Sequence record: NC_054903.1
Origin: Enterobacteria phage GiZh
Strand: one strand, 5' to 3'
DNA: 64,000 bases
The translations under genes and the position numbers were made by a program. Positions 17,005 to 25,188 of the stretch are shown piece by piece; the stretch's first letter is position 1; each line of letters opens with the position of its first letter. The notes beneath the pieces were generated by a model. The model saw only the letters and a list, made by a program, of their open reading frames with translations, was not told the origin of the DNA and ran no database searches.

Positions 17005-17145
17005 TTTATTCTCTCTAAATTTGGGCCATTCCGTGGCGCATGAATTGTCCATTTCTGTATTTACCCATTACCGCACTCAGGCTCGACCTTATCACAGGTT
17101 GGCGGGAATCCCTCACAGAATCATGAGGTCCAGCTTGTTCCCATA

Positions 17146-17619
17146 TTATTTGAACGATTTAACGTACTGAATAGAACCTTTACTATTCACAAAGGCAATT
17201 TTACCATTTTTATTATACATGGTAGCAGTACGTTGATAACCATAAGTTTGTTTACCAGATTGATAACCAACTAATGCGAAATTATCTTCGCCCATTTTAT
17301 TCTGTTTAGCGCGAATGCGTTCATGACCATGTGCCATAAGAACCTTAGCATCACCAGTTGCAATGGATCGACGAGTTTTTTCATCTTCAACTGTATTAAC
17401 AAAGTCGTCAAATGAATCAAATTTAGCATGAGATTTATTATACAATTTTCCATCTACTGCATAATTATATCCCTGTACATCCATCTCAACTTCTGTACCA
17501 TCATCCAATACAGCAGTGATTTTTTGACCTTTTTTAAATTTCAAAAGATCAGTAAAAGATTCAGCAATAATTTGAGAATTAATAGCTGCTTCAGTGATAA
17601 ATTCTTGATATGTTTTCAT
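17146..17619 (-). CDS. internal-protein-like capsid-targeted protein, 157 aa (ipII/ipIII position)
   Basis: N-terminus MKTYQEFITEAAINSQIIAE matches the T4 internal-protein capsid-targeting sequence (MKTYQEFIAE...) with Glu cleavage sites. Confidence 0.7.
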   Translation of the reverse strand: MKTYQEFITEAAINSQIIAESFTDLLKFKKGQKITAVLDDGTEVEMDVQGYNYAVDGKLYNKSHAKFDSFDDFVNTVEDEKTRRSIATGDAKVLMAHGHERIRAKQNKMGEDNFALVGYQSGKQTYGYQRTATMYNKNGKIAFVNSKGSIQYVKSFK

Positions 17620-17628
17620 ATGTTTCCT

Positions 17629-18045
17629 TTAAATGTAAATATTTTTACCGTAATACTTATACCAATGTGGTTTCATTAAAATTTTTTCATCAAGTCGTTG
17701 TTGACTCAATTTAATAGCTGATTTGCATGGATTATAATCATTTTTCCATTCTACTGGAATATCGCTGATGTCAGGAACTTCAGTATCTTTTATACTGAAC
17801 CCGCGTTTTAAGCATTCCGTTATAATGTCTAATTGACTCTTTCGCAAAAATTCTAACTTATCGTAAAAGAACGTAACATGACCAGAACCTAAAATAAACT
17901 CGGAAGATATTTTAAAATCTTTAACGCGCTTACCGTTTGCCACATGCTTACGAACTATACCAAAAACACGCGGCAATTCACGGTATTCTGCGATTAAATG
18001 TTGATCAGCAAGTTCAGATACTAAAGTCAAATTAATACGAGTCAT
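17629..18045 (-). CDS. denV: endonuclease V (pyrimidine-dimer DNA glycosylase)
   Basis: 138 aa, [29 protein letters not shown]...; I recognise this as T4 EndoV; GGAGGG upstream; early promoter at 18071-18099. Confidence 0.92.
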   Translation of the reverse strand: MTRINLTLVSELADQHLIAEYRELPRVFGIVRKHVANGKRVKDFKISSEFILGSGHVTFFYDKLEFLRKSQLDIITECLKRGFSIKDTEVPDISDIPVEWKNDYNPCKSAIKLSQQRLDEKILMKPHWYKYYGKNIYI

Positions 18046-18070
18046 TTTATCCCTCCAATTAACTGTGAAT

Positions 18071-18099
18071 ATACTATCACAATTCTAGGAGAAAGTAAA
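18071..18099 (-). promoter_or_regulatory. early promoter (PeSL-type) of denV: -35 TTTACT, 17 bp, -10 TAGTAT
   Basis: Same -35/spacer/-10 architecture as the other elements. Confidence 0.55.
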
Positions 18100-18104
18100 C
18101 AACT

Positions 18105-18635
<531 letters not shown>

Positions 18636-19091
18636 TTAAAAGAGGCTGTTCATTATTCGGTAAAGTGAAGGACCCATCACATATTGCCACTGAGTACGAG
18701 GAATAAGAGCAAAAGCATCCATCTCTGGAATCATAACACCATCTTTATTTTCAAAATAAGACTCGCAATGGCAATTTCTAAACATCTCATGCTCTACTGG
18801 AATCGTATAATAAAACAGCTGTAAGTCTTTATTACTAGAATATTTAAATACACCTAGGTCTTCTAGAAGGTCTGGATTATAATTGCTAAAACCGGTCTCT
18901 TCTAAGCATTCTCTTCGTGCTGCATCTAGTGCGCTCAAATCAGAATTTTCTACACGGCCTTTTGGAATATCCCAACGATGTGCCATCATTCCAGGCTTAC
19001 GAGAACCAGTAACCCGTCCCATGAATAAATCTTTATCTTCTGTCATAAAGATAATACCAGCTGATAATGTTTTCATTTTAATTTCCTGCAT
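18636..19091 (-). CDS. nudE: Nudix hydrolase
   Basis: 151 aa with Nudix box GRVENSDLSALDAARRECLEETGF; same length and position as T4 NudE (e.1). Confidence 0.85.
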   Translation of the reverse strand: MQEIKMKTLSAGIIFMTEDKDLFMGRVTGSRKPGMMAHRWDIPKGRVENSDLSALDAARRECLEETGFSNYNPDLLEDLGVFKYSSNKDLQLFYYTIPVEHEMFRNCHCESYFENKDGVMIPEMDAFALIPRTQWQYVMGPSLYRIMNSLF

Positions 19092-19561
19092 TCGGTGATA
19101 AAATTATTTAAATTTTGAGTGTATTTCTTTTCATCAAAAATCTTTTGCTGCCTACGTAAACGCCATGGCATTTCAATGAACACGCACCATATTCCTGATA
19201 GTACTGCTGCTGTAAAAATATTAACAAGTATAATTAAAAGAATCCAATCTTCCGTTCTGCCTACTGGACTTTCTCCAAAGAAGCAAAATACAAATGATGT
19301 CACAGGAAAACTAATAATATACCACAGAATAACCTTCTTATCTGTGAACCAATCAGCGTTCGTTAACTTAGCACGACCATTTTGAATACACACGAATTTA
19401 TCATCTGTTACAGTAGATGGCTTAACTGCTTGATATCCCATTCTAAACTCCCTAATTAATCGTTTCTTTGTATCTTCAGAACAGCCGCTCCAGTCAACTC
19501 TATCGACTGAAATGCCATCGTCCCCATCATCTAAATCATACCAGCGAGTTTTTAAAATCAT
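19073..19561 (-). CDS. membrane protein, 162 aa
   Basis: Two C-terminal hydrophobic helices; C-terminal motif FITECRKLK shared with the next three genes. Confidence 0.65.
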   Translation of the reverse strand: MILKTRWYDLDDGDDGISVDRVDWSGCSEDTKKRLIREFRMGYQAVKPSTVTDDKFVCIQNGRAKLTNADWFTDKKVILWYIISFPVTSFVFCFFGESPVGRTEDWILLIILVNIFTAAVLSGIWCVFIEMPWRLRRQQKIFDEKKYTQNLNNFITECRKLK

Positions 19562-19932
19562 TTGATTTTCCTACAATCATTCACGAATTCTTTCATTGAT
19601 TCATTTTCAATATAAGACATGTAGTTATTATATTCTTTTAATTGTATTTTGTAATCCTTTTTTCTTTGCCAATTTATTTTAAAATTATCATAATGAAAAT
19701 ATAAAATAATACCAAAGAATGAAAATAATGAAATCGCTATAGTATAATGAAGTTCACTCCAAACTTCTATTATATCTACTATACCGCTGACATTACTGCG
19801 GATGTTTAAAATAATACAGTCAATCATTAATCCAATAAGACTACCAGCAAGAGCTGCAGCCAACGCCACAGCAAAAATTAAAAATGACTCAGAAAAAGAA
19901 TATTTGTCTTTATTTAGTTTTGGCTTTTGCAT
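19558..19932 (-). CDS. two-helix membrane protein, 124 aa
   Basis: Hydrophobic helices FLIFAVALAAALAGSLIGLMI and IAISLFSFFGIILYF; ends ...FVNDCRKIK; ATGA overlap with the downstream gene. Confidence 0.65.
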   Translation of the reverse strand: MQKPKLNKDKYSFSESFLIFAVALAAALAGSLIGLMIDCIILNIRSNVSGIVDIIEVWSELHYTIAISLFSFFGIILYFHYDNFKINWQRKKDYKIQLKEYNNYMSYIENESMKEFVNDCRKIK

Positions 19933-20306
19933 CGTGATTCCTTAACAAATTTCATAATTTCGTTAAATTCATGCATATCTAATTTAAGCTGGTGTTCCTT
20001 TTTAATCTTTTTACACTGAGCTTTCCATTCACGTACACGTTTACGATAATGCCTTCCTTGATACCAATATCCTACCCAATTTACAGGTACCAATAAAAAT
20101 GGAACTACTAATGGAAGAATTAGTGTTGCTCCAAATATTGCACCAGATTCAATATCAGTCATAACGTCTATAACTATTCCAGCAATCAACAGAATCACAA
20201 ATGATACGGCTACCACAGGACCTATTAACACATCAGTAGAAATTATCTGACGCTTTAATTCATACTTTAAGGGTTTACTTGGAAGATACATTGATGGCTT
20301 TGACAT
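19914..20306 (-). CDS. two-helix membrane protein, 130 aa
   Basis: Hydrophobic helices VVAVSFVILLIAGIVIDV and ILPLVVPFLLVPV; ends ...FVKESRCKSQN. Confidence 0.65.
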   Translation of the reverse strand: MSKPSMYLPSKPLKYELKRQIISTDVLIGPVVAVSFVILLIAGIVIDVMTDIESGAIFGATLILPLVVPFLLVPVNWVGYWYQGRHYRKRVREWKAQCKKIKKEHQLKLDMHEFNEIMKFVKESRCKSQN

Positions 20307-20880
20307 ATTCTCTGCATTCCTTCACAAATTTTTCTAATAATAAATCGCTTTCAAAATTGGGATTTTCTACGAATTTATCAAAAAGATTATCGACAATAGT
20401 TAAGATATTCTTTTTACTAAGAATACGTTTATTTTCATGCTTCGTTTCAGAATCAACTATAAGAGTAAAGAAATATTTCTTGCCCTGAAATTTTACAGTA
20501 GTATCAATATAGAATAAATTTGACTTTTGTAAATTACGTTTAAACCATGCATCACTTAAACTATAAACGCCAAGATAATCATAATCGTCGTTTAAATAAC
20601 AGACCGTCCATTCAGGAGAAACAAAATCAGTAAATTCAACGTCAAAATCGCATGTTAATAAATGAATTGATTCAATACTGTTAATAAGTATTCCAGGACG
20701 TATTAAAGACTTTTTACCTTTATAAAATCCAGAAAGACTTTCATCAGTTTCATATGAAGAACCCCAATAATAATTACGTCCTTCTGCCATACGTTTAAGA
20801 GCATTTAATAATTGGTCTGGAACATCAACCTGTCTTTGGAACTCTTCAAACATTGAATTGAAATCACTTTGCATTTTCAT
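20275..20880 (-). CDS. hypothetical protein, 201 aa
   Basis: ORF track; ATG; C-terminal ...KFVKECREYVK motif like the three downstream membrane proteins. Confidence 0.65.
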   Translation of the reverse strand: MKMQSDFNSMFEEFQRQVDVPDQLLNALKRMAEGRNYYWGSSYETDESLSGFYKGKKSLIRPGILINSIESIHLLTCDFDVEFTDFVSPEWTVCYLNDDYDYLGVYSLSDAWFKRNLQKSNLFYIDTTVKFQGKKYFFTLIVDSETKHENKRILSKKNILTIVDNLFDKFVENPNFESDLLLEKFVKECREYVKAINVSSK

Positions 20881-20896
20881 TCCTACTTACTCCAAG

Positions 20897-20917
20897 TAAT
20901 AGGGGCCGAAGCCCCTT
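20897..20917 (-). terminator. hairpin, weak terminator or RNA-processing stem-loop
   Basis: Stem GGGGC-(CGAA)-GCCCC; minus-strand 3' flank only weakly U-rich; same 20-mer as at 60769-60788. Confidence 0.4.
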
Positions 20918-20921
20918 ATCA

Positions 20922-21515
20922 TTATTTCAGAGAATTAATGTATTCCTGAACATCGGCAGAGGTAGTTTCAACCCCAGAAATATTGCCATTAAAGGTTTCA
21001 ACTCGAGCAAGAGTATCTTCAATATCAACCTTAGTCAGTGCTGCAATTTCAACTACATCATCAGCAGTACTAATTCCGAGGGCATTCGCGGCGCGAGTTT
21101 CACGGATATATTCCAATTTAACTGCAAGTTCTTGGCGAGCATCATCTAACTCAACTACTTTCTTGGCAATTTCAATTCGCATTTCAGCATAACCATCAGC
21201 TTTAGTAGTCAACTGCTCAGCTGTTCGACGATATAGTAAACCGAGTTTAGCATGCATTGTTACATCTTGACCTTCAGAAAGAAGCTTGCGAATTTCACGC
21301 TCTTTTGATTCGGCCTGCTTATTCTTTTCGACAATAAGTTCACGAATACGCTTTTCTTCATTAATAGATTTAACAGAAGCAGTTTTTAGATCTTTAATCT
21401 TATCAAGTAGTTTTGCTGCCGCAGCAGTATACTGTTCTTCAACAGATAGATTTTTAGCCATAGCAGAACCAAGTTTAGTGCGAATAAACTCAACAATTTT
21501 CTTCAGCATGTTCAT
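20922..21515 (-). CDS. coiled-coil protein, 197 aa
   Basis: Largely helical/heptad sequence throughout; AAAGGAA upstream of ATG; own promoter at 21560-21588. Any PspA/Vipp1 relationship is speculative. Confidence 0.62.
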   Translation of the reverse strand: MNMLKKIVEFIRTKLGSAMAKNLSVEEQYTAAAAKLLDKIKDLKTASVKSINEEKRIRELIVEKNKQAESKEREIRKLLSEGQDVTMHAKLGLLYRRTAEQLTTKADGYAEMRIEIAKKVVELDDARQELAVKLEYIRETRAANALGISTADDVVEIAALTKVDIEDTLARVETFNGNISGVETTSADVQEYINSLK

Positions 21516-21559
21516 AGCATTTCCTTTAGTTAATTAAGGGTTTTATAATCCGTGGGAGT

Positions 21560-21588
21560 ATTATACTCTACTCCCAAGAGTTTGTAAA
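21560..21588 (-). promoter_or_regulatory. early promoter (PeSL-type): -35 TTTACA, 17 bp, -10 TATAAT
   Basis: Inverted repeat GGGAGTA / TACTCCC around the -10; precedes the gene at 20922-21515. Confidence 0.6.
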
Positions 21589-21589
21589 C

Positions 21590-21919
21590 TTATTCTTCGT
21601 CCAATTCATCAATAAATTTATCGATACTACTATTAATAGACTCATCGATGATTAACAAAGCATCATCTATAATATTAATATTTTCTAAAGCATCAATATA
21701 AGCTTGATTGACTATAGACCATGCCCTTTGAAAATATGGGGCTTCATCATCAGGACTGAACCAACGTACACCTTCAAAGATACGTTTAGCATAATCCAAC
21801 ACCCATTGTACAGGCATGTTTTGAGAGCGTTCATTAAACTCTTCAAAGTCCTTAGATTCAAAAAGCTCTTCAGGATAATAATTTCTATTACAAAAAGCTT
21901 TACTAAAGTTACGTTTCAT
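21590..21919 (-). CDS. hypothetical acidic protein, 109 aa
   Basis: ORF track; ATG with GAGGAG upstream; own promoter at 21946-21974. Confidence 0.6.
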   Translation of the reverse strand: MKRNFSKAFCNRNYYPEELFESKDFEEFNERSQNMPVQWVLDYAKRIFEGVRWFSPDDEAPYFQRAWSIVNQAYIDALENINIIDDALLIIDESINSSIDKFIDELDEE

Positions 21920-21945
21920 AATGTTCTCCTCAAAGTTATAGGCTC

Positions 21946-21974
21946 ATAATATCTCAATCATGAGCCTGTGTAAA
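21946..21974 (-). promoter_or_regulatory. early promoter (PeSL-type): -35 TTTACA, 17 bp, -10 TATTAT
   Basis: Inverted repeat GGCTCAT / ATGAGCC; precedes the gene at 21590-21919. Confidence 0.55.
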
Positions 21975-21975
21975 C

Positions 21976-22239
21976 TTATTTCATATTATTGAAATATTCT
22001 TCAGCAATTTCATCATTATCATGATAAACTTTAGAAGACAGTTTAACATAACTTTCAGCAGTGAACATGTTAATCACAACCTTTACAGTATACCACTGAC
22101 CATCTTCATTACCCATTACTGCGTAAGTTTCAAACAACGGATGATCAGGACCGATAACTTTAATATCATTCACTGTACGACCGAAATCTTCTGAAACACA
22201 TTTCATAAAGAAGTTGAACAGCTCACCGTAATTATCCAT
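21976..22239 (-). CDS. hypothetical protein, ~87 aa
   Basis: ORF track 21976..22302 (TTG start lying inside the promoter at 22283-22311) trimmed to ATG at 22239 (MDNYGELF) with GGAGA upstream. Confidence 0.55.
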   Translation of the reverse strand: MDNYGELFNFFMKCVSEDFGRTVNDIKVIGPDHPLFETYAVMGNEDGQWYTVKVVINMFTAESYVKLSSKVYHDNDEIAEEYFNNMK

Positions 22240-22282
22240 TTCATTCTCCAAGTTATTTTCTGTATCAGTAGTTGATAGTTGT

Positions 22283-22311
22283 ATAGTACCATGGAAGGAC
22301 AAGGATGTAAA
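22283..22311 (-). promoter_or_regulatory. early promoter (PeSL-type): -35 TTTACA, 17 bp, -10 TACTAT
   Basis: Same 22-mer and upstream A/T tract (ccgttttgtgaaaaaattttt) as the element at 7024; precedes the gene at 21976-22239. Confidence 0.6.
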
Positions 22312-22440
22312 CCGTTTTGTGAAAAAATTTTTAAAAAGTTTTGGGGAATTCTAGGGCAGGGAGGGGAAATCAAAGGATAGGATAATATATTATAAAGGGT
22401 AGAAACTAAATGATGTCTAGAGAGGCCTGGAAAGGCCTAG

Positions 22441-22473
22441 ATACCAAAAAGCCCCAACCTTTCGGCTAGGGCT
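22441..22473 (-). terminator. rho-independent terminator after the IP-like gene at 22481-22954
   Basis: Bipartite stem AGCCC...GGGCT with inner CC-UUUC-GG, followed on the minus strand by UUUUU; near-duplicate of the element at 22996-23028. Confidence 0.65.
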
Positions 22474-22480
22474 AAGAATG

Positions 22481-22954
22481 TTATTTGATTTGTTTAGCAG
22501 ACCAAATGCGGTCTTTAATAATTTTTTGGATGTCTTCAACATATTCAAGAGAGTGAACATGTGGGTTATCTTTGAAACTATAAGCACGAGCTAGCTTTTG
22601 GCCTTCAGTTTTAATTACTAAAAGCTCTTTAAGGATAGCTTCATATTTGGAGATAATTCCTTTAACAATATTTTTCTCTTGTGCGACTTTAGGATCTGCT
22701 TTAGGAGCAGGTTTACCTGAAGCCTTTGCAAAAGCAGCTCCAGTAGCAACTAAACTTTTCCAGGCCATACTAACTGCATTTCCCGTAAATCCTTCCGCTT
22801 TCATATCGCGAGCAAATTGGAATCGTGACTCATCGGAAGCATCTTTATAGGAATATTTACCCGCGGCAATGGCAGCTTTTGCAACAGCTTGAATTTCAGT
22901 GCTAGATGCTTCATTTAACACCGCTTCATTTAAAAATTGAGCATATGATTTCAT
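22481..22954 (-). CDS. internal-protein-like capsid-targeted protein, 157 aa
   Basis: N-terminus MKSYAQFLNEAVLNEAS resembles the internal-protein capsid-targeting sequence; TATAAATA late promoter at 22991-22998 upstream and hairpin terminators on both sides. Confidence 0.65.
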   Translation of the reverse strand: MKSYAQFLNEAVLNEASSTEIQAVAKAAIAAGKYSYKDASDESRFQFARDMKAEGFTGNAVSMAWKSLVATGAAFAKASGKPAPKADPKVAQEKNIVKGIISKYEAILKELLVIKTEGQKLARAYSFKDNPHVHSLEYVEDIQKIIKDRIWSAKQIK

Positions 22955-22990
22955 CTTATTTCCTGTTTTAATTTGTAGATTTAATATACT

Positions 22991-22998
22991 TATTTATA
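22991..22998 (-). promoter_or_regulatory. late promoter TATAAATA (minus strand) upstream of the IP-like gene at 22481-22954
   Basis: Plus strand reads TATTTATA, ~37 nt upstream of the ATG. Confidence 0.55.
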
Positions 22999-23028
22999 CT
23001 AAAAAGCCCCAACCTTTCGGTCGGGGCT
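22996..23028 (-). terminator. rho-independent terminator at the downstream end of the tRNA / stable-RNA cluster
   Basis: Stem AGCCCC...GGGGCT with inner hairpin, followed on the minus strand by UUUUU. Confidence 0.65.
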
Positions 23029-23077
23029 AAGCCTTGCGGCAACCTTGTCGGGGTTCCACCTGCTAAGGCAAGTGTTT

Positions 23078-23340
23078 GTACGAAACGCCGGGATTCGAAC
23101 CCGGTTATTAAGTAGTTGACGCTACTCAATATTTTTAAAAGGCCATATCTCGACCATATCCGAACGTTCCGTCAAAAACGCTACTCGGCTTACGGCAAAG
23201 ATATTTCCTCGAATCGATAATTCGGTGCGCCGTTTCTGCTGTGATGTAAGGGGGCATTAACCGATCGTAAAGATTTGTTAATGCCAGTCCTTACCCAGGG
23301 AACATCAGTCCGACGACTTACCGGTAGCGACCCGGTTTCT
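23078..23340 (-). ncRNA. putative structured stable RNA(s) downstream of tRNA-Arg (resembling T4 species 1 / species 2 RNAs)
   Basis: No ORF; tRNA-like T-arm CCGGG-ATTCGAA-CCCGG at 23088-23104; perfect 9-bp helix GGCATTAAC/GTTAATGCC (23254-23262 with 23277-23285); region ends at the hairpin terminator 22996-23028. Boundaries approximate. Confidence 0.35.
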
Positions 23341-23344
23341 TGTT

Positions 23345-23420
23345 TGGTCGAGGCAGTAGGGATCGAACCTACGACCTAGGACTTAGAAGGTCCTTGCTCT
23401 TCCTTCTGAGCTATGCCTCG
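23345..23420 (-). tRNA. tRNA-Arg (anticodon UCU)
   Basis: Acceptor CGAGGCA/TGCCTCG, anticodon stem-loop AGGAC-CTTCTAA-GTCCT, T-arm GTAGG-TTCGATC-CCTAC, CCA encoded. Confidence 0.82.
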
Positions 23421-23424
23421 GATT

Positions 23425-23499
23425 TGGCGGACGTGATAGGATTCGAACCTATAACCAATCGCTTAACAGGCGATCGCTCTGCCATTGAGCTACACATCC
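23425..23499 (-). tRNA. tRNA-Asn (anticodon GUU)
   Basis: Sequence GGATGTGTAGCTCAATGGCAGAGCGATCGCCTGTTAAGCGATTGGTTATAGGTTCGAATCCTATCACGTCCGCCA. Confidence 0.82.
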
Positions 23500-23503
23500 A
23501 AAT

Positions 23504-23590
23504 TGGTGGGGAGTGATGGAGTCGAACCACCCGAGTCGCAATGACAATGGATTTACAGTCCACACCGCTACCTCTACGGGATAACTCCCC
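23504..23590 (-). tRNA. tRNA-Tyr (anticodon GUA), class II
   Basis: Acceptor GGGGAGT/ACTCCCC, anticodon stem-loop GTGGA-CTGTAAA-TCCAT, variable arm TGTCATTGCGACTCG resembling bacterial tRNA-Tyr, T-loop TTCGACT, CCA encoded. Confidence 0.75.
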
Positions 23591-23602
23591 TAATTCATAA
23601 TT

Positions 23603-23677
23603 TGGTGGCCCTGGGTGGAATTGAACCACCATCTGGCGATTATGAGTCGCTTGCTTGAACCTTCCAGCTACAGGGCC
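23603..23677 (-). tRNA. tRNA with anticodon CAU (Ile with modified C34, or Met)
   Basis: Acceptor GGCCCTG/CAGGGCC, anticodon loop CTCATAA, T-arm GGTGG-TTCAATT-CCACC, CCA encoded; starts 1 nt after tRNA-Thr. T4 has an Ile tRNA at this position (memory). Confidence 0.75.
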
Positions 23678-23678
23678 T

Positions 23679-23754
23679 TGGTGCTGATTGACGGAATCGA
23701 ACCGCCGACCTTCTCATTACAAGTGAGTTGCTCTACCTACTGAGCTAAATCAGC
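23679..23754 (-). tRNA. tRNA-Thr (anticodon UGU)
   Basis: Acceptor GCTGATT/AATCAGC, D-arm GCTC-AGTAGGTA-GAGC, anticodon loop CTTGTAA, T-loop TTCGATT, CCA encoded. Confidence 0.85.
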
Positions 23755-23759
23755 AAAAC

Positions 23760-23849
23760 TGGCGGAGGCGATAGGATTTGAACCTATGAGTCGCCGGAGC
23801 GACTGCCGGTTTTCAAGACCGGTGCATTAAACCACTCTGCCACGCCTCC
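23760..23849 (-). tRNA. tRNA-Ser (anticodon UGA), class II
   Basis: Acceptor GGAGGCG/CGCCTCC, anticodon loop CTTGAAA, long variable arm, CCA encoded; starts 2 nt after tRNA-Pro. Confidence 0.85.
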
Positions 23850-23851
23850 AG

Positions 23852-23925
23852 TCTCCATACAAGGATTTGAACCTTGGACCTCCTGATCCCAAATCAGGCG
23901 CTCTACCAAACTGAGCTACACGGAG
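23852..23925 (-). tRNA. tRNA-Pro (anticodon UGG)
   Basis: Sequence CTCCGTGTAGCTCAGTTTGGTAGAGCGCCTGATTTGGGATCAGGAGGTCCAAGGTTCAAATCCTTGTATGGAG; CCA not encoded. Confidence 0.88.
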
Positions 23926-23935
23926 TAAATTAAAT

Positions 23936-24009
<74 letters not shown>

Positions 24010-24014
24010 AAATT

Positions 24015-24101
24015 TGGTGCGAGAAGTGGGACTCGAACCCACAAGGAAATCATTCCGCAGCATTTTAAGTGCTGTACCTTTACCAATTTGACCATTCTCG
24101 C
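24015..24101 (-). tRNA. tRNA-Leu (anticodon UAA), class II long variable arm
   Basis: Acceptor GCGAGAA/TTCTCGC, T-loop TTCGAGT, anticodon loop CTTAAAA, CCA encoded; starts 1-2 nt after tRNA-Gln (dimeric precursor arrangement). Confidence 0.85.
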
Positions 24102-24102
24102 G

Positions 24103-24175
24103 CTGGGAATAAAGGACTCGAACCTTTGCATCCTGGAATCAAAATCCAGTGCCTTACCAACTTGGCTAATTCCCA
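24103..24175 (-). tRNA. tRNA-Gln (anticodon UUG)
   Basis: Hand-folded cloverleaf: acceptor TGGGAAT/ATTCCCA, T-arm AAAGG-TTCGAGT-CCTTT, anticodon loop TTTTGAT; CCA not encoded. Ends +/-2 nt. Confidence 0.85.
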
Positions 24176-24272
24176 ATTATTAACAAAGGCTCTTAAGCAA
24201 GAACCCTTGATGATAGAGGGTATTAATCAGTGCGATATGAGTTAATAATAACAAATAATTCTTAAAGCATAT

Positions 24273-24560
24273 TTACCATTTATGATAATACATATTTACG
24301 ATGCATTCAAGACCCAAAGGATTCTTGAAAATATCATATTCAAGAGGACCTTTTTCTGTTTCAATAAAGAAATCAAAATTTACTGTATTAAATTTACGGT
24401 CTTCCTTTACTAATTTAACTTGTGAAGATGAACGGTCAATGTAAACCTTTTCAACTTCAAAATATGTTAAAATGCCATAATCATCAATCAAGGCTTTAGC
24501 CGCGTCTTGATCATATTTATATCCATTTTCAATGGACGATACTTTCGCATAAAGAATCAT
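24273..24560 (-). CDS. hypothetical protein, ~95 aa
   Basis: ORF track 24273..24566 (TTG) trimmed to ATG at 24560 with GAAGGT upstream. Confidence 0.55.
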   Translation of the reverse strand: MILYAKVSSIENGYKYDQDAAKALIDDYGILTYFEVEKVYIDRSSSQVKLVKEDRKFNTVNFDFFIETEKGPLEYDIFKNPLGLECIVNMYYHKW

Positions 24561-24562
24561 TA

Positions 24563-24943
24563 TCAACCTTCATCAACAATAGTATGCGTATTGGCATTTA
24601 CAATTTGCCACCAATCAAAGCGATTGGAACCATAATCTGGTTTGTTTTCATTTTCTTTGATAATGTCACGGAGTTCATCTTCAGTGGCGGCTTTCGCGAT
24701 TAAATCAGCATATCCACCACGAGGATAATAATTATCACCTGCAAAAAGTAAAAAGTTTGGTTTAATGTTATTGAACTCTTCAAGAGTAATAACCTTTCCT
24801 GACGGTTGAACAATCTCTACATATTTATATCCCAATTTTTGAGCAGCATCTACTGCTTCAAGCAAAGTATCATGAGCCCATCCAATTTGACAACCTGGCT
24901 TTTCAGATGGATTAGCCTGATAATCCGCATACACTTTGTACAT
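24563..24943 (-). CDS. hypothetical protein, ~126 aa
   Basis: ORF track 24563..24982 trimmed to ATG at 24943 (MYKVYADYQ) with AAAGGTG upstream; the longer form would overlap the upstream gene. Confidence 0.55.
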   Translation of the reverse strand: MYKVYADYQANPSEKPGCQIGWAHDTLLEAVDAAQKLGYKYVEIVQPSGKVITLEEFNNIKPNFLLFAGDNYYPRGGYADLIAKAATEDELRDIIKENENKPDYGSNRFDWWQIVNANTHTIVDEG

Positions 24944-24944
24944 T

Positions 24945-25130
24945 CTATTCACCTTTAGAAATTTTATCCATAACGATAGCAATTAAACCAATTAAAAATG
25001 CTACTACAAGTGAAAACACATTTTCTGCTGTAGTCAATAATCCGCATATAAATCCAACAAACATTGAAAAACTAAAAGCAGAAGCAGAAATTGCAATAGC
25101 AACATTTCGAATTAATTCACAACGTTTCAT
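24945..25130 (-). CDS. small membrane protein, 61 aa
   Basis: Two hydrophobic helices (VAIAISASAFSFSMFVGFICGLL; VVAFLIGLIAIVM); GAGGAG upstream; promoter at 25159-25187. Confidence 0.6.
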   Translation of the reverse strand: MKRCELIRNVAIAISASAFSFSMFVGFICGLLTTAENVFSLVVAFLIGLIAIVMDKISKGE

Positions 25131-25158
25131 TTTATTCTCCTCGGTAGTTGATAGGGTA

Positions 25159-25187
25159 ATAGTATCACTACCCTATCTAAAAGTAAA
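25159..25187 (-). promoter_or_regulatory. early promoter (PeSL-type): -35 TTTACT, 17 bp, -10 TACTAT
   Basis: Inverted repeat GATAGGG / CCCTATC; precedes the small membrane-protein gene at 24945-25130. Confidence 0.6.
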
Positions 25188-25188
25188 C

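Noticed and set aside
16602-17453. Internal minus-strand ORFs 16602..16817 and 17271..17453.
   Set aside because: Alternative-frame reads nested inside the P-loop NTPase gene and the IP-like gene respectively.
24176-24230. MotA-box-like TTGCTTA about 25 nt upstream of tRNA-Gln, a possible middle promoter for the tRNA cluster.
   Set aside because: The only plausible -10 (AATAAT) would place the transcription start inside the mature tRNA-Gln, leaving no leader; more likely coincidental. The cluster is probably read from the upstream promoters at 25159-25187 and beyond.
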